Source of the DNA: a virus
Taxonomy: Duplodnaviria > Caudoviricetes
Strand: one strand, 5' to 3'
Virus record (IMG/VR): IMGVR_UViG_3300045974_000359
Coordinates: 1-59,321 of that record
Length of the DNA: 59,321 bases
The first letter of the stretch is position 1; every line of letters starts with the position of its first letter. A program made the position numbers and the translations under genes. Below, in pieces: positions 41,989 to 49,854 of the stretch. A model generated the notes under the pieces. It saw nothing but the letters and a program-made list of their open reading frames with translations. It was not told the origin of the DNA and did not search any database.

Positions 41989-43068
41989 ATGTGTTGTGAA
42001 TGTGAAAATAATAGTGGAAATTTTACTTATGTAGCCTTTGCTACAGATTTGAATGGTTCAAATTTTTCTTTAAGTAGAAACTCTAATGGTATAAGTAGAT
42101 GTTATCAAGCAATCTATGTATCAGCCGTTGAGTTAGATACTAATTTGAGTATTTTTCCTAATTATTTCTATGGTAGATACTACAATATTTGTGCAGCTAA
42201 AGAAACAAATAATTATCATTTACCTACACCGATGATTGCTAAAAGAAAGGTTACTTTAGAGAAAGAAACTTCAAGACTAAATTTAGATGGTATATCAACC
42301 AGAAAATATCAATCTGAAGACTTGGCTAAATTCGATTTTGGCAATAGATATTATTTAGAACAACTTGACATATATTTCAATTCTTTTGGTAAAGAAAATA
42401 GTTGGTTATCATTACCTGATAAAAGACTTGAATTATGTTTAGTTTCAAACAAGAATTATAAAAATGGAGGCAGACCAGGCACTACAACGAGTGATATAAT
42501 ATTTTCTGGAGTTGGTAATAAAGATAATTTTACAAATGCTATTGTTCATCCAGCAAATTCATCTAAAGAAAATCCTACAATAACAGATACTATATTTTCT
42601 GGAGGTACTGTAGGAGAACCATTTTTTAAAACTGAATGGAAAATAAATGAAAATGATTTTTCTTTTGGAGAAAGTATTTTCAATGCATCTGGTTTGAACC
42701 GATTTAATAATCCAAATATAACTATTGAATTAGATGTAAGGAATTTTATTTTAAGAGGACATTCTAATGCATGGAGTTATCCTTATAATATTAGAGAAAA
42801 TGGAGACATAAAAATAAGAAATATTGGAAAAATAAGATTTGCTAATGGTAAATATTATAAAAGAAATTCAGTTTTATATTTTAGATTGAGCGCAGGAATG
42901 CCTTCAACATTAAATCAAAAAACAGGTGTTTATCAAAAAAGAATTTATAGTGATTTAAGTATTCCAATTTATATAAGTCCAAAAATAGGTATTTTTACAA
43001 GTAGAAATACTGGAGACCAGCTTGGTTTTCTTTATGGACATAGATTAACTTTAGGAATTAAGAAATAA
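41989..43068 (+). CDS. Paralogous fibre-like protein with a basic C-terminal domain
   Basis: N-terminal FTYVAFATDLNGSNFS matches the repeats of 39594; Cys-rich start. Confidence 0.55.
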   Translation: MCCECENNSGNFTYVAFATDLNGSNFSLSRNSNGISRCYQAIYVSAVELDTNLSIFPNYFYGRYYNICAAKETNNYHLPTPMIAKRKVTLEKETSRLNLDGISTRKYQSEDLAKFDFGNRYYLEQLDIYFNSFGKENSWLSLPDKRLELCLVSNKNYKNGGRPGTTTSDIIFSGVGNKDNFTNAIVHPANSSKENPTITDTIFSGGTVGEPFFKTEWKINENDFSFGESIFNASGLNRFNNPNITIELDVRNFILRGHSNAWSYPYNIRENGDIKIRNIGKIRFANGKYYKRNSVLYFRLSAGMPSTLNQKTGVYQKRIYSDLSIPIYISPKIGIFTSRNTGDQLGFLYGHRLTLGIKK

Positions 43069-43076
43069 TGATTTTA

Positions 43077-43258
43077 GCGGTACTCTCTCGATGATAAAAG
43101 TATAGAGTATCGCATTTTTAGACAATCTCTCTCGATGCCTCGGCAACAGTAGGTTTACCCTATTTTTAGAGAAAGTCATTATAGAACCCCTCTCTTGATG
43201 AAAAGTATAGAGGGGTTCATTAAACTTTGATAGACTCATTTTTTGAAGTCTATTTTTT
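43077..43258 (+). ncRNA. Putative structured non-coding RNA 2 (three related hairpins plus a terminator-like hairpin)
   Basis: Hairpins 43077-43113, 43121-43177 and 43184-43218 share a CTCT/AGAG closing stem and a CT[C/T]GATG loop start. Confidence 0.65.
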
Positions 43259-43321
43259 GTTTATACAACTATTATATCTTAAATAATGAATAAATTCAAT
43301 CCATTTAATAACTTATAGAAT

Positions 43322-43963
43322 ATGATTTTTCAAGTAGCATTATCAACCGTTTACAAAATGATTACATTTAAAAAAGGAAGTCTAACAATGTTATCATTAA
43401 CTCTATCTGGCAGTTCAATGCTATACATAAAAAAAATATTTGAGGGAACTGATTTAAAACATTTAATAATTCCAATTGTCATATTTTCAGTAGGTTTTGT
43501 TATGTATTTCATATTCTTATTAGCAGACTTATTTACAGGACTTCAAGTTGCTAAACATGAATCATTAAGACAAAATGATGGAAAACACGTTCCATATGTT
43601 AAATCATACAAATTATATAGAACACTTTGGAAACTTTTAGGAATAGTTTTATTAGCAGTATTAATGTTAATATCTGCCTTAATGGTTGAGATAATTGATT
43701 TATCTTTTTTATATAAAATATTCATAATGCTACAAGGAACAGTTTGGTTATTATCTTGCGGATTTGAATTACATTCAATAGGTGAAAATCATCTAAAAAG
43801 ATTTGGATATAAACCAAGAATATTTTTATTTTTTGATAAAATAATTAGTATATTTGAAAACAAAATAATCGACAAAGTAAATAAGACATTAGACGTTTTA
43901 GATTTACCAGCTGAAGAAGTTACTGATAACAATAATATAGATAAAAATGGACCAAGCGACTAA
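43322..43963 (+). CDS. Holin (phage holin 4-like)
   Basis: Multiple TM helices, DLFTG..A, S.KL.RT..K, E..SIGEN; precedes the endolysin. Confidence 0.75.
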   Translation: MIFQVALSTVYKMITFKKGSLTMLSLTLSGSSMLYIKKIFEGTDLKHLIIPIVIFSVGFVMYFIFLLADLFTGLQVAKHESLRQNDGKHVPYVKSYKLYRTLWKLLGIVLLAVLMLISALMVEIIDLSFLYKIFIMLQGTVWLLSCGFELHSIGENHLKRFGYKPRIFLFFDKIISIFENKIIDKVNKTLDVLDLPAEEVTDNNNIDKNGPSD

Positions 43964-44408
43964 ACAAAGAATTGACTTACTACATCCATCTGTTAGACAA
44001 GAGATGTTAAAGATAGTATCTGAATGTGATAAAGCATTAACAGGAAGAGCACATATGAGAATAACTCAAGGTTTAAGAACATTTGCTGAGCAAGATGCTT
44101 TATTTAATAAGAAACCGAAAGTTACAAATGCTAAAGGTGGTCAATCTATACATAACTATGGATTTGCCGTAGATATTTGTATGATTATAGATGGTAAAGA
44201 AGCAAGTTTTGATACTCATAAAGATTGGGATGGAGATAAAATTGCGGATTGGGATGAATGTGTAAAGATTTTTGCTTTAAATGGTTGGTCATGGGGTGGT
44301 AATTGGAATACATTTAAAGATATGCCTCACTTTGATAAAATCGGTTTAAACAATTGGAGAAATCTTATAAATAAAAAACGTGACTCTAAAGGATATGTTA
44401 TAATTTAA
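43947..44408 (+). CDS. Endolysin, M15-family (L-Ala-D-Glu-type) peptidase
   Basis: GLRTFAEQDALF, VTNAKGGQS.HNYG.AVD, WGGNW..FKD.PHF. Confidence 0.92.
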   Translation: MDQATKQRIDLLHPSVRQEMLKIVSECDKALTGRAHMRITQGLRTFAEQDALFNKKPKVTNAKGGQSIHNYGFAVDICMIIDGKEASFDTHKDWDGDKIADWDECVKIFALNGWSWGGNWNTFKDMPHFDKIGLNNWRNLINKKRDSKGYVII

Positions 44409-44419
44409 AATTTATTAAA

Positions 44420-44818
44420 ATGATAGTAGATTGGAAAAAAGTAAATGAAAAAATATTCTTGATTTTTTTAGTATTAGTTTTTATATGTTTGTTATTTTTA
44501 GTTGGAAGACAATTCACTAAAACTGAATCTCAGAAAATTTTAGAAAAAGATTTAAAAGAAATTAAATCAAACCAAAAGCAATTGATTGAAAATGAAAAAA
44601 ATAACTATAAAGTAATAGATAGTTTAAAAAAGCAAATTTCTGTCAAAGAGAATTTTAGAGATAAAATAATTGAAAAACATTATTACACTAAAGAAGTTAT
44701 TAACAATAAAATAAAAGAAGATGAAAAAAATCTTAATAATTCTAACGTTTCTTTTGATACCATTAAAAAGTATCTGTCAAACTATAAATATAAACCTTTC
44801 ACAACCTCAAGCAACTGA
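44420..44818 (+). CDS. Inner-membrane spanin-like protein
   Basis: N-terminal TM helix plus coiled coil, directly after the endolysin. Confidence 0.55.
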   Translation: MIVDWKKVNEKIFLIFLVLVFICLLFLVGRQFTKTESQKILEKDLKEIKSNQKQLIENEKNNYKVIDSLKKQISVKENFRDKIIEKHYYTKEVINNKIKEDEKNLNNSNVSFDTIKKYLSNYKYKPFTTSSN

Positions 44819-45155
44819 AGTCTATAAAGGTTTAATTCAAGGTAATAATTTAAAAAATACTGTAATTGATTTGCAAAAGTCTATTACAGAATTAGAAAAA
44901 GCAGTTGTTTTAGATTTAAGTATTCAAAATGATTTGAAAAAAGAAATCGAAAAATTGAATAAAATAATTTCTGATAAAGCAGACTTTATCAAAAATCAAG
45001 AAAAACAAAATGACATCGAGCAGGCTAAAATAAAAGACAAATTGAATAAAAGATTTGGATTTGGATTAGTAGGAGGTTATGGATTATCTACAGGAACTAA
45101 TAACTTTCAAGGTTTTATAGGAGTAGGTGTATCATATAACTTATTCAGATTTTAA
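44721..45155 (+). CDS. Outer-membrane spanin-like protein
   Basis: Overlaps the previous gene; signal peptide, coiled coil, C-terminal amphipathic beta strands ending in F. Confidence 0.55.
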   Translation: MKKILIILTFLLIPLKSICQTININLSQPQATEVYKGLIQGNNLKNTVIDLQKSITELEKAVVLDLSIQNDLKKEIEKLNKIISDKADFIKNQEKQNDIEQAKIKDKLNKRFGFGLVGGYGLSTGTNNFQGFIGVGVSYNLFRF

Positions 45156-45379
45156 TGGAAGCAAAGAAAGACAAGCAGTCTAAAGATGATAATAAAATCT
45201 TAAAACAAAATAGTAAGATTTTAAATAAAATCGTCAATACAAAAGAAAAAAGGCATGTTAAAGAGCCAACTGAACCTGTATTTAAAGAAATATTAAAGGA
45301 ATTCAGTTTTAATTATGGAAAGTTAGTAGTTTCAAATACAAGTGTTGAAATTTTAAAATTAGTAAAGAATGAATTTTAA
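45155..45379 (+). CDS. Small basic hypothetical protein
   Basis: Coupled ORF. Confidence 0.45.
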   Translation: MEAKKDKQSKDDNKILKQNSKILNKIVNTKEKRHVKEPTEPVFKEILKEFSFNYGKLVVSNTSVEILKLVKNEF

Positions 45380-46271
45380 TATATTCCAAATTCAAAAGAT
45401 GATTGAGATTTTTTCTAAAAATCAAGCAATCTTCATTGGTTCAACTTTAGGAATAGACTATTTATCAGACTATGATAAATTTATATTGAAGATGAATGGA
45501 ATTGATATTGATAATTTAGATACTATTGACGATATTCAAAGAATGTTTTATTTCGGACTTTATTCTGGAATGTTGGGAGGCAATAAATCATTTAAAGTAA
45601 AAAGAAAAGATTTTGATGATTGGTTTAGTAAAGAATTACATAAACCATTAAGTACTCAAAAAAAGGCTTCATTAGATTTTCTTAAAAAAAGAACTTTTAA
45701 TGATATAACAGGACTTGGTAACAGAATAACTAATAAATTCACTAATCAAGTTTTAACAGCATCAATTTCTAAAAGAAATTTATTACAATCTAAAATTAAA
45801 GATGCTACTATAAAAGCATTTGAAGATAATAAAACTCAACAACAATTAGCATCTATATTAAGAGAACTTACAGGTGATTGGGCAAGAGATTTTTCAAGAA
45901 TATCTGATTATGTTATGCAAGAGGCATATGCTTATGGTAGGTTGGCTCAAATAGTAGAAACTTATGGTGAAGATTGTTTAGTTTATAAGCAGACATTTCC
46001 TGGTGTATGTAAACATTGTGAAAAGAATTACGGAACACCTGGTGAGTATCCAGAAGTTTATGAAATACAAGATTTATTAAAAAATGGAAATAATATTGGA
46101 AGAACAGAACAACTTCCAGTGGTTGGTCAAGCTCACCCTTGGGCAAGAAGTATCTTACATGCAATTCCACCTAACAGTAAATGGGATGCTAATAAAAATC
46201 AATTTGTATTAGTTAGAAATACTCAAGGTGTAAAAAGGAATAGCAAAGTTAAGGTTACTATAACGGATTAA
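45369..46271 (+). CDS. MuF/SPP1 gp7-like head morphogenesis protein
   Basis: W.RDF.RI, CKHC, HPWAR (MuF HPxCR-like). Confidence 0.6.
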   Translation: MNFNIFQIQKMIEIFSKNQAIFIGSTLGIDYLSDYDKFILKMNGIDIDNLDTIDDIQRMFYFGLYSGMLGGNKSFKVKRKDFDDWFSKELHKPLSTQKKASLDFLKKRTFNDITGLGNRITNKFTNQVLTASISKRNLLQSKIKDATIKAFEDNKTQQQLASILRELTGDWARDFSRISDYVMQEAYAYGRLAQIVETYGEDCLVYKQTFPGVCKHCEKNYGTPGEYPEVYEIQDLLKNGNNIGRTEQLPVVGQAHPWARSILHAIPPNSKWDANKNQFVLVRNTQGVKRNSKVKVTITD

Positions 46272-46278
46272 ATTTATT

Positions 46279-46932
46279 ATGGTAAAGCAAAACATACTAC
46301 TGATTCAGCCGCATTCAGATGATATTCTATTTTCGGCAAGTAAATTTCTTTTTGATAAAAAAAGATTTGGTGATATAAAAATATTAACCATTGAAAAAGG
46401 TAATCAAAAAAGAGTAAATGAAGATATTGAATTATGTGAATTATTCGATGTTAAATATGAGAATTTAGGATTTGATTTTGAAGATGATTCTTACTATCAT
46501 TATTATCAAAAGCATAAAATATTCCTTTCAGATAATTGTGATGAAATTCTTGAAGATAGATATGGAAGTGAATTTCTTGATTCTATAAAAACTAAATTAA
46601 GAAAATTTGTAAAGAAACATAGAAATCTAAATTATAAGATAGTTGTTTGTTTAGGAGTTGGTCATCCAATGCATTATTTCATAATGGAATGTGTAAAAGA
46701 TTTATCGGACTTATTTTACAGAGATTTTCCTCATTCATATAAACGTAAAGCAAAACTTGATTTTGAAAACCTTACAGAGTTTATATTGGAAAGCGAATAC
46801 TTTGATGAAGAGAATCATGAGATGAAATTTGAGATAGCATATCAGATTTATAAAACTCAAAGAAGTTTATTGTTTTTTGAAAAAGGATATATTGATAAAA
46901 AAATATCTGAACAATTTTATAAACTGAAATAA
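46279..46932 (+). CDS. PIG-L/LmbE-family N-deacetylase
   Basis: IQPHSDD, R..ED, GVGHPMH, YRDFPH. Confidence 0.8.
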   Translation: MVKQNILLIQPHSDDILFSASKFLFDKKRFGDIKILTIEKGNQKRVNEDIELCELFDVKYENLGFDFEDDSYYHYYQKHKIFLSDNCDEILEDRYGSEFLDSIKTKLRKFVKKHRNLNYKIVVCLGVGHPMHYFIMECVKDLSDLFYRDFPHSYKRKAKLDFENLTEFILESEYFDEENHEMKFEIAYQIYKTQRSLLFFEKGYIDKKISEQFYKLK

Positions 46933-48338
46933 TGAAAATAAGATTTGTAACATTTTCTATTGCTAAATATGGCGGTATAATAAAACATATAGAAACTAAA
47001 TTTGAGGCACTTCAAAATTTAGGTCATGACGTTGATATAATCATTTTAGATTATAAAAAATCACTATCTTTAAAAGGTTATCAAAAAAAGATAAAAGACC
47101 TTGAGAGTGGAGTTTTTCAAGATAAATTAGATGTTAAAAGTCAAAATGGCGGTTACTTAAAATCTGATATTACAGGTTATTGGTATAATCCTTATTATGG
47201 TTGGTTATTTGAACCTAATAAAAACATTTTACCTTGTTTAGATGAAAATTCTTTAGATAGATGGAATGAACTTGTTTCAGATTGCGACTTACTTATTTGG
47301 AGTTTTGTACCAACTAAAACTTCTGAAGCAAAAGGATTTAATTGGTGGCATAAGTATTTTGAGTTGCCCGATACAGTAAAACAAATTCTAACTATTCACG
47401 ATGGATATTATGACTTGCGTAATTCTTGGTCAAACTTGTTAAGCAAAAAAATATCTTTTTTTGAATGTGTTCATATAACGAGTTATAATGCTTGCGAAGT
47501 TTTCGATGTTCCGAGAATTTTAAATTTAGATTCAAGAAAAATTCCAAACAAACTTAAAATAAAAAAGTTTGAAGAAAAATCAGTTGATTTTTTCGCTGCT
47601 CATATTTTTAAAAGTATGAAAAGAATGGAGGAGTTAATATCAGCCGTTCCTTATATTAAAAAGGGTCATACTACAATGATTGCTGGTTCTGGTATAGAAT
47701 TATATTATATGATGACTGAGGATGAGAGCAAGCAAAAACCTAAATATACAACTTCTAAAAAAACTGACCCTGATTGTAAAGATTCAGATATTGGATTAAG
47801 TCTATTTAAAAGAGCAGAAAAATACGGAATGGAATTTTTAGGATTAATTGATAATGATAATGTAAATTTTTTATTACAAAATTCTAAATTTGCCGTTGAC
47901 CCATCATTCTGTACTCATTATGCTAAATATGTAAACACTCATTTAAACGGATTTATAATTGAAGCAATAGTAAATGGTTGTTATCCTATTTTAAGAAATT
48001 ATAGAAAAGATGAAGTTGAAAATGATTTCATATTTCAAGAATTAAGAGCAATATACATTCCTTATGATTGCACGCCTAAAGAGTTTGCTAAATATCTTAA
48101 TGATGCTTTAAATATGGATAGCAAGAAGTATTTAAAGGATGTAATACATAATTTCAATTTAGCAAAACAAATTCTCAACCCAGAATTAAATATGTCTGAA
48201 ATAGTTAGTCTAATTAGTAAACCTAAAAAAATGAAGAATTTAGAAATAGGAAAATCATCCAAAAAAATAAATGATGATGCTCAAAAAACTATGAAAGAAT
48301 TTTTCAAATATGAAGATTTACCAGATTGGATGAATTAA
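46932..48338 (+). CDS. GT-B fold glycosyltransferase
   Basis: YGGI...L..LGHDVD, K.MKR, FLG, VDPS, IEAIVNGC.PI. Confidence 0.8.
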   Translation: MKIRFVTFSIAKYGGIIKHIETKFEALQNLGHDVDIIILDYKKSLSLKGYQKKIKDLESGVFQDKLDVKSQNGGYLKSDITGYWYNPYYGWLFEPNKNILPCLDENSLDRWNELVSDCDLLIWSFVPTKTSEAKGFNWWHKYFELPDTVKQILTIHDGYYDLRNSWSNLLSKKISFFECVHITSYNACEVFDVPRILNLDSRKIPNKLKIKKFEEKSVDFFAAHIFKSMKRMEELISAVPYIKKGHTTMIAGSGIELYYMMTEDESKQKPKYTTSKKTDPDCKDSDIGLSLFKRAEKYGMEFLGLIDNDNVNFLLQNSKFAVDPSFCTHYAKYVNTHLNGFIIEAIVNGCYPILRNYRKDEVENDFIFQELRAIYIPYDCTPKEFAKYLNDALNMDSKKYLKDVIHNFNLAKQILNPELNMSEIVSLISKPKKMKNLEIGKSSKKINDDAQKTMKEFFKYEDLPDWMN

Positions 48339-48383
48339 CAACTATTAATAGAATAATGAAAATCATAATTAAAAAATTTAGAT

Positions 48384-49853
48384 ATGAACAAAATTAGTGA
48401 CGATTTAGGAAAAATAATTGAAAAGGCTGGAGGTTCAGCAACAAGACAAGTTGGTTCAACAAAAACTGATAATCAAGGCAGAACTTTAGTTTGGACTGAA
48501 ACAAAGCCAGGCAAATTCGATTGGAGAATTGCTAAAAATCAACCTAAAAAGGAAGATGATTCAGATGAAGATGATTCAGATGGTCAATTTAGTAAACTAC
48601 AAAATCATTTGAAAAATTCAACTGTCGATAGTCTAAAGGCTTTTGCTAAAAAACCAGGCAATGCTCCGAAATTAAGACAAGCTGCTTATGATGAATTAGT
48701 AGAGCGTGGAGAAGATGTATCTGATATAGATTTGAATACAGGTAAGTATGGTCAAATGAAACAAGCATTCGGAGTAGGAAACGGAAAATCAAATTTTAAA
48801 TTAAATGCCGATGGTTCATCAACTTCTTCAGAAGATGCTGAAGATGAAGATTGGAAAGACCCAGAATTTATAAGAAAGAAATTTGGATTTAATGATTTTT
48901 CAAAAGCAACAAAATCTCAAAGAATTGCTTACGATAAATTCGTAACTGAGCAAAAGGCTAAAGACCCAAATTATTTACCACCTGAAGAAGAAATTTATGA
49001 TTTGAATACTTTATATGCTCAATTCTTAATGACTGATTCTCCATTAATGATTGCATCAGGTGGAGCAGGGGTTGGTAAAACGCATAACTTACATCTTGTA
49101 GCAAAGGCTATGAATAAGAAACCTTTTGACCCAGATGTTGACCAGCCAGGTGATGATGATTACGATTATGTTGAAGCACCTGAAGTAAATTCAGCACCTC
49201 AATTAGCATCTTTATTGAAAGAGCATAATGGTAAAATTATAGTATTTGATGATACTGATAATTTATTAAAATCACAAGATACATTCGGTATATTGAAAAA
49301 AGCAACTGCTTCATCAGGTAAAAGAATTGTAGGTAAAAAATCAGCTGGAGCTGGAAATATTGACCCATTTGAATTTAAAGGAAAAATTATTTTCTTGACG
49401 AATATGAATCAGGCTCAATTAACTAAAGATGAAAATTTAAATGCTATTTATTCAAGAGCACTTAAAAAAGATATTTATTTTACAAAACAAGAACAACTTC
49501 ACTTCATTGATAAATTAAAACATCAATTCAACTTTACAGGAATTGATAGATTGCCTAATAAGGCTGATGATATTCAAGAGAGAGAAGAAATTTTTACATT
49601 GTTGAAAGACAATATTGAAGATATTGACCCAGCTAAATTTAATGTTCGTTCAATGAAAGAAATGCTTGAAGTAAAAAGAGCATCTGATAGAGCAGAAGAG
49701 TTTACAAAGAATGACCCAGTTATGGGTAAAATGCTTTTTGGTAATGCTGGAGATTGGAAAAAGAAAGTAAAAACTTTACTTGTAAAAGGTGAGGGGTACA
49801 ATCCTAAAAAAGAAGTTTTAGAGAAAGCAAAAGAAATCCTTAATTTGGAATAA
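48384..49853 (+). CDS. Putative injected protein with a P-loop (AAA-type) ATPase domain
   Basis: GGAGVGKT, IIVFDD, IFLTN, AIYSR; IEKA/LEKA sites; late motif upstream. Confidence 0.7.
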   Translation: MNKISDDLGKIIEKAGGSATRQVGSTKTDNQGRTLVWTETKPGKFDWRIAKNQPKKEDDSDEDDSDGQFSKLQNHLKNSTVDSLKAFAKKPGNAPKLRQAAYDELVERGEDVSDIDLNTGKYGQMKQAFGVGNGKSNFKLNADGSSTSSEDAEDEDWKDPEFIRKKFGFNDFSKATKSQRIAYDKFVTEQKAKDPNYLPPEEEIYDLNTLYAQFLMTDSPLMIASGGAGVGKTHNLHLVAKAMNKKPFDPDVDQPGDDDYDYVEAPEVNSAPQLASLLKEHNGKIIVFDDTDNLLKSQDTFGILKKATASSGKRIVGKKSAGAGNIDPFEFKGKIIFLTNMNQAQLTKDENLNAIYSRALKKDIYFTKQEQLHFIDKLKHQFNFTGIDRLPNKADDIQEREEIFTLLKDNIEDIDPAKFNVRSMKEMLEVKRASDRAEEFTKNDPVMGKMLFGNAGDWKKKVKTLLVKGEGYNPKKEVLEKAKEILNLE

Positions 49854-49854
49854 T

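Noticed and set aside
43087-43208. Hammerhead ribozyme (CUGAUGA...GAAA-like loops)
   Set aside because: The core reads CUCGAUGA/CUUGAUGA and the three-stem junction is missing.
43077-43218. CRISPR or TIGR-type guide array
   Set aside because: Only three units of unequal length; the variable parts are self-complementary stems rather than spacers; no Cas or Nop-domain gene was recognised, and box-C-like TGATGA has no matching box D.
39594-43258. Diversity-generating retroelement template/variable repeats
   Set aside because: The non-coding segments do not copy the gene 3' ends, and no reverse transcriptase is present in the window.
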